From the human T2T-CHM13v2.0 reference genome, Homo sapiens: a DNA stretch of 64,000 bases. A program made the position numbers and the translations under genes. The stretch lies in assembly GCF_009914755.1 (NCBI RefSeq), contig NC_060926.1, one strand, 5' to 3'. Below the pieces are notes generated by a model. The model saw nothing but the letters and a program-made list of their open reading frames with translations. It was not told the origin of the DNA and ran no database searches. Of the stretch, positions 43,621 to 56,801 are shown in pieces. How positions within the stretch are numbered: the stretch's first letter is position 1; every line of letters begins with the position of its first letter.

Positions 43621-45087
43621 AAAAAATTTTAAGTAAAACAAAATTTAAAATGTGTCATTTAAAATATTTTAAACTTTATTTTGTGCAAGAAATATTATTT
43701 TAACAGCAAAAGGACAACTGGGACCTCTCCTTGCTCTTGAAGTTGTTTTCAAAACCACTCTACTGAGGTATAATTGACAGACAAAAAGCTGAACATATTT
43801 AACGTGTACCTTGGTGATTTTGGAGAGATACATGTACCTAGGAGAGTGGACTGTGTGGGTGATGGACAACCCTCGAAAAGTTCCCAGCAAAGGAACAGCA
43901 TGACAGGCTTTGGCATTTCAGGGAGGGCACTTCGGTGGCAGTGAGGATGATGCATTTAAGGGGCACGAGACTGGCAGCAAATTGACAGGGTCTAGGGACA
44001 AAGGGAGGCAGCAGGCTGCGTGAGTCAGATGGGGGCCAAGGCCGAGGCAGTGCTGGGGTGAGTGGGACAGAGGCAGACCTGAAAAGCCTCTAAGAGGGGA
44101 GGCAGCATGCCTTGGGATGGCCAGAGCATGGACGATGAGAGCGGGAGAGTCCAGGGCGACTCCTTGCTTCATAGTTTGTACTCCTACAAGGATGGCGAGA
44201 CATTCAGTGAAGACAGAGAACCTGGGAGGCAGAGCAGATTTCTAGAGGAAAAAAGAGAGGTTTCCATTTGGATGTTTCCTCTTGGGGTGTCTGGCAGGGC
44301 TGGTGATTGGTGACACACAGCCAGGTAGATGAAACAGAAGCTTGGGAGAGCTGGATTTACTAGAATTGTTATTTTACTTTTTACCAGCAAGGTCCATTGG
44401 GTCCAGGTGAGACTCCCCTTTCTCCCTTCATCCGGAGATTGGGACCACACTAGGTCTTCCCCACTTCCTACAACTGGCTTGCTCGCTCCTTCACCTTTAC
44501 ACTGTTGTCCCCCGCACATGCCTTCTCTGAGGACTTGCCTGCTGGAAAAGGGCAGGAATGTTTGTCATGCCCAACTTGGCAAATTAGAGTGGGTAGCTCT
44601 GTGAACAAAACCACAACATTACTTCTGTCTACTACTTCACCCACTGGGCCACCTATCCAGCTCCTAAATCCTGCTCCCCCCACTGACTCTGCTAACAACT
44701 AGACTTTCTAAACATTTTTCAGAGTGAAGCTAAAGAAATCAACCTTGAAAGAAAAGTCGTGTATTTATTTCAGTGTGTTATGAACCCAGAGGCAGGGTTT
44801 TAGAAAGTAGACTTCTTTGGCCACATTCAGTGTGTTGCAAACAAAGCAAGTGGGCCCCCAAAACCAGGGAATGTGGGGCCACAGCCCACTCTGTTTTGAA
44901 GGGTGGGTTCCAAGTCATGCTGTGACCAGCAGGGTGAGCAGCTAGGGAAGGAGCCAGGGCCAATGGGAGTGGGTGGTGGGAGGGCACAGGAGACAGGCAG
45001 CAGCCTCTGTAAGCTTCCTAGAAGCTATGGAGGACCGACTGCCACTATCAAATGTCCTCTCCTGCCTAAGGGAAATTCCAGGGAACC

Positions 45088-45389
45088 GGCCCGGCACAGT
45101 GGCTCACCCTGTAATCCCAGCACTTTGGGAGGCCAAGGCAGGAGGATCACCTAAGGTCACGAGTTCGAGACCAGCCTGGCCAACATAATGAAACTCCATC
45201 TCTACCAAAAAAATACAAAAATTAGCTGAGTGTGGTGGGAGGCACCTGTAATCTCAGCTACTCAGGAGGCTGAAGCAGGAGAACTGCTTGAACCCAGGAG
45301 GTGGAAGTTGCAGTGAGCCAAGATTGTGCCACTGCACTCCATCCAGCCTAGGTACACAGTGAGACTCCATCTCAAAAAAAAAAAAAAAA
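45088..45389 (+). mobile_element. AluS element (first of tandem pair)
   Basis: Full Alu dimer plus A tail. Confidence 0.95.
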
Positions 45390-45699
<310 letters not shown>

Positions 45700-47170
45700 T
45701 CAGGGAACCAAGGAGAAAAGGGTGTGTTTGAAAAGGGCAGCTATCTTGGCAAACATCCAATAAGGCCTCACGATCTATTGGTGAATTCCATCCTGCAGGT
45801 TGGGGACCTCTATTAAGAGCCTTGTTATTTCAAAAGGGACTCCAGGGGTGGGACGGCCAATCTCCTTTTCACAGGCACGTGCGACGAAAGCAAGGAAACA
45901 CTGACTCACGGGGAATAAAATCTCCACCAGACACTCAAGGCACGTCCTCCTGTTATTGTCTTTCTCCTGTTTCTATTTTCTTTTTATACAACCTTTGCCA
46001 ACATTTAGAAAGTTAATGGTGCTGCATCCATCCTTTAATGCCCCTTCCTAGGGTTATTGGAAGCCAGCACACACCCACAGCCATGCCAGCTGTCTGCATA
46101 GAACATTTTCCCTTCCTGGCAGCATTGCCACAGCTGGGGCTGACCTGTGGCTGTCAGGGTGTGCGAGGACAGATCTCTGGCAACACATCCTCTTTTAAAG
46201 GCAGGTCGCAGACACCTTGGTGGAGGGAAAGACTGTCTTGCTGTTTGTGCTGCTTCTAGGACCTCACCACCTTCTCCCAAGAAGCTAAAGCAATAGAATA
46301 AAATAGAGATGTTCCTTTTCAAAGAGGGGTTTGCTCTGGTTGGAGGAAATAGGATGAGCAAAGTGAGTTGACAGAGAAAAATATTCAGGCTGGGACTCAC
46401 TTCATTTTGCAGAAGGATTTAAAAACAACTTCAAGCAGTAAATTTACTGTTCATCATGAGGTCATCCAAAGCCACAACCTAATGCGGATTCTTGATTGCC
46501 TTGCGCAACTCATGTAGACAGGCATATGATGCTGAAACATGGGCCCTAAGGTAAGTGCCCTCATACCCAGGTACTCTCTCATGTGGAGTCAGTGAATTTG
46601 TTTTAAATCTTGTCTCCTTTTTCAGGACACTTAGACCATCCTCCCCCTCCATTCCTACTTCTCCTGTCTACACTGGAACCCCACTGGCAGAGGAAGGGGT
46701 AGGACAGAACTGAAGATTGCTTGCCACTTTTTAGTAACAAGCAACAGACAGAATCATGAGTCTCCTCCTTGACATACCTTCCTCACTTGGCTTCTAAGAC
46801 GCCATGCTCCCCAGCCCTCCTCTTCCTTCACAGGGTCTTCCTCTCCTCTGTGACTGAGATAAGGCAGGAGGACCTAGTCTTCTCTTGGGCTACACTCCCT
46901 CCCTTCCTCATCACATTTGGACACACAGCTTCAAATGCGGTTGATGTGCTGATGACACTCAAATTTACATGAGCCCCAGACTCTCCTAGCCTCCCACCTA
47001 CCCACCACTTCCACTTGCAGGCTTAATGGGCCCCCAAATCTAGCATGTCCACGCAGAACTCCCATTTCACTTGGCAGAAGGCAAGGGCAAATCCAGCCTT
47101 TCTAAGAGCCAAAGCTTGGAGTCATCCTTGACCCTACGTTTTTTCCAGTATACCAGTGAATTGTATTATG

Positions 47171-47824
<654 letters not shown>

Positions 47825-47874
47825 ATTAGGTGGTATTTTTAATTAGATTTGGAATCCGACTGTTCTCACTCCCT

Positions 47875-48105
47875 GTGTTGTACGAGCCACATGTGACTAT
47901 ATTTACATTAAAATTAATTAAAATTTCAAATAAAAGAGAAAAGAAGGAATGGCCCAAATGAGAACTCTTAGGAAAACTGGAGCACAAATTAAATTTTAAA
48001 AATTCAGTCTCTTACTTGCACTGGCTGCGTTTCAGGTGCTTAACAGCCATGTGTACAGACATAGAGCATTTCCATCGTTGAGGGAGGTCACTTAGCCAGT
48101 GCTGG
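47875..48105. mobile_element. MER3/MER33-like hAT-Charlie element
   Basis: agccacatgtgactat...tttcaggtgcttaacagccatgtg...agagcatttccatc...ccagtgctg. Confidence 0.65.
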
Positions 48106-49989
48106 TCACTGTGTGGAGTGCAACCACCCTGGTCCAAGCTATCAACATCTCTTGCCTGGATGCCTGTAACAGTCTCTTAGTTGATCCTGCTTCTTCAGTT
48201 TTCTCAATACAGCAGCCAGACGCATCCTTTTTAAACTTTGCACGTCATGCCACTCCTGGGCTTTAAGTCATCCAAATTCCCTCTCAGAGGAGTGGTTAGT
48301 CCTCAGAAAGGCATACAGGGTTCTAGGGTTCTGGCCCCTTCTCATTTGGCCTCATCCATCAGGTTGCTCTCTCTGCAGCAACATGCGAGCCTCCTGCTAC
48401 TCCTGGGCTCCAGAGCTTGCTCTGCCTCAAGTCTACCACATTGGCCATTCCCTCTACTGGGAGTGCCCTTCCTGGCTCACTCACTCTCCTGCTTCAGCTC
48501 TCTCTGCTCAAAAGTCGCTTTCTTGGTGAGGCTCCTTCTGACTATTCCACTTCAATTTCAACTTCTCCTCCAACTGCCAGCACTCTCACTCTCCCCTTCT
48601 CTGCCTGACTTTGTCTTTTCTGTAGCACTCATCTCCCATGAACGAACTATATACATTTACTTGTTTATGATATCTATGGTTTACTATCTGGAAGGGATCT
48701 TTGTCCATTTACTCACTGCTGGAAAACTGGCTCAGAGGAAGCTTTCAACAAATACTTATTCAATAATGAATGGAGAACGTTCGAGAGCTGAAAGGGGCCC
48801 TGGAAACCATTCTTGGGTGTGTGGCTGAGGGTTGGTGAGGTGAGGCTATTCCCTGAGGACTCACAATGAGCTCAAGGGAACAGCATGGATTAGGAGCCGG
48901 CATCATCCTAGGCATCTTCATTGGGCGAGCTCCATGACAATGAACTCCCCTTCCCCTTCATCTATCACAGTCAGAGGGACACCAATGAACCACAAAGAGC
49001 CAACAGGGACAACAACCAACTAAAACATCAGGGGTATTCACCATTTTCTTCTTGGTAAACCTTCGCATGATTCAACCACCAATCCTACCTCTCTGATAAC
49101 TTATAAGAAGCAAGGGACAAAGTGGTGATTCAGATTAATGAGCTCTTCTTACATGCTACTCTAACCCTCCCTCCCCCAACGCAAATACCAAGATTCTCTG
49201 AAAACTGGAAATACACATGGCTACTAGATTATGTTTTTTCCCTAAACATATCAAACTTGTTTTAAAAAAATAAAATTATGGTTTCATTACATAGTTTATA
49301 AATTAGTATTTTAGAAAAAAGTTGATTAGTAGGAAAAGAATAGCTTTCCATTGCATCATTACAATATTTCTGACAATCCAGAATGAATTAGAAGAAAAGC
49401 AGAGCCCAGATCACATTTTGTGTTAGGGATTTGTCTGTTCTCTTGTATCTGAAAGGAAGTACCATCTGAATAGACATAGTTTTAAATGCCTAGAGATAAT
49501 GACTTTTCTACTGCCAATTCTGGCTCAAAGACAAAGATGGTGAGGGAGCTTCAACCTCACAAACAGACCTGTTCATAATGGCACAGCTAACAGGTCCAGG
49601 GCTACACAGCATGACGTTAGCAGAGAGCCTGGAAAACTCCATCCACAGCTCACTGGATGATTTAACTTGCCAGAGTATATAATTAAGAACAGTTATCTTT
49701 ATAGTCATTCCTTCATTATTGAGATAACTCAATTGGAGGCTGTTTTAGACATGCTGGATTCAGAAATAAAATCCTTACAGACTGCACTGCAATGTCATGA
49801 AGATTACACCAGAAAACAAATGGATGTGCATAGACAATCTTCTGTATGTACCAGAAAATTAGATCTCAGGAGAGACATGAAGAAAAAACATAAAATCAAA
49901 GAGGGTGGGGGCCTAGCACAGTGAAAGGTATAATCAGCGGCTTCCCAGAGAGAGGAACCTGCAGGGCCAGCAAGTTCGCTGGTTGTTAC

Positions 49990-50122
49990 CTGGGGCAGCG
50001 CTCTTCAGTGCTTTCACTAACTGTCCCCTTCCAGCTCCAAAACCATTATCTCCATAGTCCAGGTCACTGTCACTATTACTGCCACCGCTGGCAGAGTACG
50101 TACACATTCTGGGTGCCTTGTC
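49990..50122 (-). CDS. NCKAP5: NCKAP5 probable penultimate coding exon (133 nt, phase 0-1), DKAPRMCTYSASGGSNSDSDLDYGDNGFGAGRGQLVKALKSAAP(E)
   Basis: Translated by hand because it is absent from the ORF track: 44 open codons plus 1 nt. Acceptor ctcatttag|GAC, donor CCAG|gtaaca. Phase matches the preceding exon. Confidence 0.92.
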
Positions 50123-51769
50123 CTAAATGAGTAATATGAGACTGTTAAGATAATTCATACAAATCAAAATGAGGCAGAGCATCCTGTGAGGATGCGACAC
50201 AGTTCACATCTGGCTGTCAATGTGTGCACAGAATTCCATTCCCACTGCCCAGCCCGCCGCTCACCCGAGAGCAACTCTGGTTTGCCGGTTTTTCTGCCTC
50301 CTGAGGAGCTGATGCTGTCTACTCAATTACCAGAGCTGCAGAAATAGGCCTGCAATAATGAAGCTGTCGACGGCACTCTGCCGTTGTCCCAGGCTCAGGA
50401 AGGTCCCCACGGTTACCTGGTCTGCATTTTGTACACTTCTTTATAGGGTCTTATTTTTCTCAAGTGCCTATTATGAGCTGCTGTTCCAAACCTAATGGCT
50501 TATTTATTTAACTGATCTCATCATTGCCTTCCAAGTATCAGAAGGTAATAAAACAATCAACCTTGGGAACAAAAGAATAAATGTTTGCCTAATTTATAAT
50601 TTTCTTTCAGCTCCCAAAAGGACAGTAGCTTTTAGAAAAGTAAGCAATTGCTGACTCCATGTAATCCTCAAATCTGCTGACAGTTCATGGGCTGAGGAGC
50701 CCAGTTTCCCCTCTTGCTCACATGTACACATCACCTGACCCCATCCCCTAAGGATGTCACTGGTGTGGCAATGATGCTGTATTCAGAAATTGCTGAGGCG
50801 GTTGACGCTGTATGAACAGTATTCCCCTCTGTGCACATAAGCAGAATACTGGATCCAGGAGCGCAACTCCTATGTGTTGAATCGAGGTTATTTGGGGCCC
50901 TTTTTTCTGTTTGTAGAATGTCCTGTTAGAGCCTATTATTCCTCCCTAAGCCAGATAGTTCCAATACAGATGCATTAGATGGGTCTCTGAAGTTTGTTTA
51001 GAAGGGTGTCATTTGGTTGGGGAATGTAAAAACACATTTTAGGATGTAAACTCGCTTATCTGGGGTTATAAATTCAAGCACTCATTTCCTTTACTCTTTC
51101 ATTCATTTACTTAGTCACCCATCCATTCAACAGTGTTTACTAAGTAACTACTCTGTGCTAAGCAGTATGCTAGGTTTTAGGGGTGGAGAGCTTAATACTG
51201 GAGATACCAGTAGTCTAGCAAGGACTAAGTCCATGAAGAAAGACAAGTCTACTGACTGTAGTTCTGGGTAACGTGTGTCCAGACCTCCAAAAGGACCCAG
51301 TCCAGTCTGGACATGATGAGGTACATCCTTTCATAGCTCCATTCAACAAATGCTAACTGAACCAGGCATCGTGCCAGGTACTAGAAATATAAAGCTAATT
51401 CCTGCTTGAAACGTTCCCTATCTGGCAGTCAACAAAGCAGGGTTCTGAGTTTCAAGGATTTCCAGTGCATGGGGCTAGTGCAGGACGATGAGGAAGGGAA
51501 TCCTAGAGAAGTGTGTCCATTGGTGGATGTATGTCTTATGTGAGGAGTGCAGGTCCCCTCTGGGTCAGCAAGAGTAACTTTTTTTTTCCTTTTTACGTTC
51601 TTGGAATTATTCAAACTCCTTTGCCATCAACACCAACTGTTGTTCCTGAACTGGTTTTCTGCTCTCCAATTCTGTGTGTCTGTCATGATTTTCTAAATTT
51701 TACAGCTCTCAATTTTCTCAATTTGCCAGTTTCCCAATCCTCCCAAAGCCAGCGCAGAGTCCTTTGGAA

Positions 51770-51955
51770 CAGTGGCAGCAATGCTCTGTGCAAAGTGTGT
51801 TCCATGGATCAGCAGCATCAGCATCACCTGGGGATTTGTTAGAAATGTGTACACCTTACTCCGTATATGCCAAATCAGACACAAGTCTATGTGGGCAACA
51901 AGATTGTAGCCCTTCAGGTGGTTCTGATGCCTGCTCCGGTTTGGGAGGCACTGAT
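51770..51955. mobile_element. MER5A element
   Basis: caaagtgtgttccatggatcagcagcatcagcatcacctggggatttgttagaaatg. Confidence 0.75.
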
Positions 51956-53178
51956 CTGGAGGAGCCCTAACATTCTGTGTTTGACTTAAGGCATGGCAGA
52001 ACACAGCAGTTTCCTCCTTTGCCTCTCAGACCCACGTCTTGTGGAGGCAGCCATCCCAGGTGCTGCCCTGGACTTCAGAGGGCCCAGTTCCAGTCTCGGC
52101 TCCACAGCAACTTTCCCCGGGACCCTGAACATGGTCCAGCAGGACTCTAGTGTTCCCCACTGGAAATTGAGGCTGTGGGCCCAGAGGATCTGCTCCCCTA
52201 CTTGTCCATGGTCCCCTTCCATACTGAGGCAGATGCACAAGGTTGAAAGGTGGTTTGGCCACACTGAGTGAGGGAGACCTCAGATGTGGGTGAATCTGGG
52301 TATCTCATCATCATAGTTGGGCAGAAACTTTAGTAAAAATAGCAACCAAGGCTCTTGATACCAGACCTGGGAAAGCCAAGGGCAGCAAAAGTGGGAAGGG
52401 CCAAGGAGGGGCCAGGAAGTTCTGGAAAATGAACCATGTGTCTTCCTCCTCCTTTCTCACCACCAGGCACCAGGGCAGATGCTGCAGTGGGCCACCCCAG
52501 GACGAGTGGTGAAATGGCAAATAGGCTGACCATGGTCAGAGTAACCTGCTGGAAACGGTAAACAGGAGGGGGTACCACATAACCCCCACTAGGAATGAGC
52601 AAGGAGTCCCTGAGCCAGACACCCATAGCCACCCATAGCCACCCATCAGGAGTTCCGTGTGTGTCATCTCAGGGCAGATGAAGAACCCACTGCAAAAATG
52701 AAACTCAGGGCTCACGGATTCTAGCAAGTCATTTGACCACACCGAGCATCTGATTAGCCATCCTTAAAAGCAATAGAATTAGATCTGCTTTCCCTGTTTC
52801 ATAAGAACAAAGTAAAGGTTAAAATAACTACTGAGATACTGAAAAAATAGAAAAAACATCATTCCAATGGCGCCCACATGGCTTGGGAGAGTGAATGCTT
52901 GTCCCACAATATCTAATCAGGGGAGTGCATCCATACCCAAGAATCTGGGTGCATTTCAGAAGCACTTTGATTTCTTCAGAATAAAAGTGTCCCAAGAACC
53001 CACAGTATTCCTTAATAAGGCAGGGGAAAGGGTGAACCCTAGACCTTGGTTTATATTCAGTAAACCAACAGCAAATTTCATTTAAAGTGAAATCTATCAT
53101 AAAAGTGTTTTTAGGGTACACTTTTTAGAATCAGGACCAACAGGTGGATTGCACCCTTCACCTCCCCCGACCCCTCAC

Positions 53179-53315
53179 CTGGGTCCCGGTGGCAGCAACT
53201 TCACTCCCCCAGTCTGGAAGCGGCTGGCTTGCCATTGGGTCTTCAGCATATCCGAATGATGAGCATGTCTGAGGCCTTGGCTCTGCTTCATTCTGCTTTT
53301 GGGAACTGACTTTTC
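53179..53315 (-). CDS. NCKAP5: NCKAP5 coding exon (137 nt, phase 1-0), (G)KVSSQKQNEAEPRPQTCSSFGYAEDPMASQPLPDWGSEVAATGTQ
   Basis: Lies within ORF 53158..53343(-). Acceptor ctcatttag|GA, donor CCAG|gtgagg. The frame continues exactly from the 315-nt exon (G|GA = Gly). Confidence 0.93.
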
Positions 53316-53857
53316 CTAAATGAGGACACGTATGTGGAATCACATATCACCTTTCATCAACATTTTACAAGTTTAGGGAAGGAGGTGGGGGAGACATTCA
53401 GAAATAATAAAAAAGGTCCAAATACAGTGAAAGCTGGGCTTCCTGCCACTCTGTCCCACTGTAGTCTGTGCTGCCCAAAACATCTGCTTAATTATGTATA
53501 CACATCTATAGAAGCCCCTTTTCAAGACCCCGAGGCAAACTGTTCTTAGACTACTTTTCTACAAAATGTTGAAAGACTACAGGTTAGGAAGGGTTCAGCA
53601 GGCAAACCATTCAGGAAACACTAAAGTTATTCTTCAAATAATGTTATTCATCCAACAACAATCAAGTTTCTTTTTTGGAGGACTTCTCAGAGGCTTCAGT
53701 GTGCCAATGGGCATTAGCGTAGTTTCCGAAGAGAGGATTTGAATTTGCAGGCTTCCTCAAACATAGGGAACCCCGATTTTCCTAAAATACGTATTAAGGT
53801 TATTTTGAATAGTGTGGATTGGGAAGCTTTGCTTGGAGCCCTTAAACATCTCTCAGG

Positions 53858-54016
53858 GCAGTACTTTTCAAGCTTTAATGTACATATGGATCAGCTGAGC
53901 TTTTGTTCATGTGCATGCTGATTCAGTAGGTATGGGGTGGGCTCTGAGAGTCTGCAGTTCTGACAAGCTCCCAGGTGATGCTGATGATGCTGGCCCATGG
54001 ACCACATTGAGTAGCA
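53858..54016. mobile_element. MER5A-like element
   Basis: ctgattcagtaggtatggggtgggctctgagagtctgcagttctgacaagctcccaggtgatgctgatgatgctgg. Confidence 0.75.
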
Positions 54017-54574
54017 AGGGTGTAATTAGCAGAGAACAATTAAAGAGAGTTTCCCCACTACCCATGAAAGTAGATTAACCTGCATAGTGTATGCCTTTGT
54101 CATGCCAGAATGGAGAATTGCTGTCATTATCCTCCAACCTCAGTGATTATAAGCAAGACATGCTGTGACAGCCTCTCCAGAGCATTTTGTTTGTGAGGGG
54201 AAGCTAAGAACTGTGTTTTCATCAGCACTGTGAGTTTTGTATAGTGACTTCCATTTTTCATATGGGGATAAGAAAAATAACCAATTCAAATGTACACATT
54301 TGAATTGGCAGTGACTGCTCAAAAAGGAGCTATAATCTCATTTTCTTTTTGTTCCAGCTAGTCCTCATTCCCTAATTTTTAACATGCATAACCGATGGAC
54401 ACAGAAAAGAGAAGCACTGGAAAGTAGGCCCTGCCTCTGGACCACAGATATTATGTCAGGACAGGAAAGTTCAGGATGGGTGACAAAAATTTCCTGCAGT
54501 GTGTTCACCTCACACTCTACCATATACTACCTTTTTACAACTCTTCACTGTAATTTAATTAAGATAGAACCCAA

Positions 54575-54880
54575 AGCCAGGTGCGGTGGCTCATGACTGT
54601 AATCCCAGCACTTTGGGAGGCCAAGGCAGGCGGATCACCTGAGGTCAGGAGTTCAAGAACAGCCTGGCCAACATGGCGAAACCCCATCTCTACTAAAAAT
54701 ACAAAAAATTAGCCAGGTATGGTGGCACATGACTGTAATTCCAGCTACTCAGGAGGCTGAGGCAAGAGACTCAGCTGAATCCAGGAAGTGGAGGTTGCAG
54801 AGAGCCAGGATTGCACCATTGCACTCCAGCCTGGGCGACGGAGTGAGACTCCATCTCAAAACAAAAACAAAAACAAAAAA
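54575..54880 (+). mobile_element. AluSx-like element
   Basis: Full Alu with a (CAAAAA)n tail and TSD aagaYagaacc. Confidence 0.95.
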
Positions 54881-56099
54881 GACAGAACCTTAGATACCTG
54901 GTGCAGTGGATATTAGCAGCAACATCTGAAAAATCTCCTTCTGATCCCTTATGAAGCAATTCAAGACTTGCGGTTTCTATTCAATTTGTTATAATGACAG
55001 TGTTTAATCACGGAGTCTACAGCAGCCGCCGCTGAATTGAGGTCACATATGTGACTATTCAGGCATGGAGTACACAACCTATAACTAAGATTTCGCCCCT
55101 GAATCTCTGGAGGCTGTGTCATTAATTAACAACACATTTATCTCAAAAATAATATGCATTACAGTCTTTAAAAATGTAGCCTTGACTTGGAATGAGCAGA
55201 AGTTTGTGACGCAACATTCGTGGCAATGGGTATTCCTATATAAAGGAAGAACTCAGCCATGGGAATAGCCCAATCACATTTATTCAAAGATTTATAATTA
55301 AAAGTCTCCTTTTCTAATTTCTCAGAAGCCTATAGCATAATCTCCACTTGCAGCTCCTTTCTAATCATCAACTCATACATGAAAGTGTTCGATTTAAAGT
55401 TTTAGTTCCTATATTTATGCATGTTGTAAAAGCAACATAAGACATACAAGTTAAAAATTATTTAGTGTCATCCTGGGCTGCAATACACATTTTTAATCGT
55501 GAGGGAACAATGAAAAACTGATGACCCTTAGCCCAGCCCTGTCTTTCATCATGAAATCTTGTTTCAATTGACTGCCACGAAGGATAGTACTTCTCAATGG
55601 GAAGACTCACTCTATTCTATTGCAATCGGTGCACGATCTACTGCTGATTTATCAAACTATGTCTTTTATAGTTCAACATATAAAGATATTTTAACTGGAT
55701 AAGAATACACCAGAACACGTATGTTTCTGGTTAGAAGGCAAACAACATTGTAGTTAAATCTATATCTTGGGCTGAAATTGGTCTATATTCAGAGTTAAGT
55801 TTTATAGGATAAAACCTCACAAGTGTATGTTGCATGGCTTTTTTCTTAATCAGTTCATATATCCATATACCAGTATTTACATGTCTGTTTCCTTATATGT
55901 GTGTGTACTGCTTGATGTAATACTATGAGTAGATATTGTCTTATACACATTGTTTTGCTTGTTGGTGAAGGACATGAAGGAATTTTCACATATCTACATT
56001 TTTATCAGGCAGGTCACTGACTTACTCATCTCCTGGTGAAAAGTTTCCCTTTTTTTTGTCAGCAAATGTCTTATTAAGGGTGGGAAATTGGCATTTTAC

Positions 56100-56414
56100 C
56101 TGAGGAAGCTGGTTTGGGGAGGCGGCTCTGAAGAGGCCTCATCCCTCTGGCGGTCATGATGGGGTCGGATGTGGAATGAACAATGGCGCTATCTGCAGGG
56201 CGCTGGCCGTCTGTGGAGGAAGGCACTTCACGTTCAAGGGTTTGGGCTCTCATGGAAGAAACTGCAGAAAGGGCTGACTGGAGAGGCAGGAGAGGCTCAG
56301 CGTCCTCTGGGGAGTCTGGCTGGCATAGGTAGCGTCCTGTCGAGCGATTTCCCGAGTCTGGGAGTGGAAAGGTTCCGATCCCACTGTCCAGTGTTCTCAT
56401 CTGGCAGTTGGATT
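56100..56414 (-). CDS. NCKAP5: NCKAP5 internal coding exon (315 nt, phase 1-1), (E)SNCQMRTLDSGIGTFPLPDSGNRS...LPKPASS(G)
   Basis: Overlaps ORF 56074..56400(-). The peptide matches the NCKAP5 C-terminal region as I recall it. Minus-strand acceptor tctctctatctcag|AA with a long CT tract; donor TCAG|gtaaaa. Confidence 0.93.
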
Positions 56415-56546
56415 CTGAGATAGAGAGACAGAGAGAGAAGGGAATAGAGAAGGCTCACATAAAAGGATAAAAGAATCATGGAAATTGGGGTATGATCTGG
56501 AGGAAAGGAGACACCTAGAAGGGTGAATTTAAGAAAAAGAAAAATG

Positions 56547-56801
56547 TCACAAGGACAGAAAACCAAACACCGCTTGTTCTCACTCATAGGTGGGAATTGA
56601 ACAATGAGAACACTTGGACACAGGGTGGGGAACATCACACACTGGGGCCTGTCAAGGGGTGGGGGGAGGGATAGCATTAGGAGATATACCTAATGTAAAT
56701 GTCAAGTTAAGGGGTGTAGCACACCAACATGGCACATGTATACATATGTAACAAACCTGCACGTTGTGCACATGTACCCTAGAATTTAAAGTGTAATAAA
56801 A
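56547..56801 (+). mobile_element. Severely 5'-truncated L1PA 3' end
   Basis: L1 3' UTR with G-rich tract and aataaa. TSD aaaaagaaaaatg at 56534-56546 and 56802-56814. Confidence 0.93.

Noticed and set aside
48238-48828. 196-aa Leu/Ser-rich ORF
   Set aside because: It lies in a pyrimidine-rich L2 relic, has a non-ATG start, and its composition reflects base bias.
52621-52646. acccatagcc x2.6 micro-tandem
   Set aside because: Too short to separate from ordinary slippage.
56074-56099. ORF tail GKMPISHP* as an alternative C-terminus
   Set aside because: It is simple read-through past the donor at 56099, with no evidence of use.
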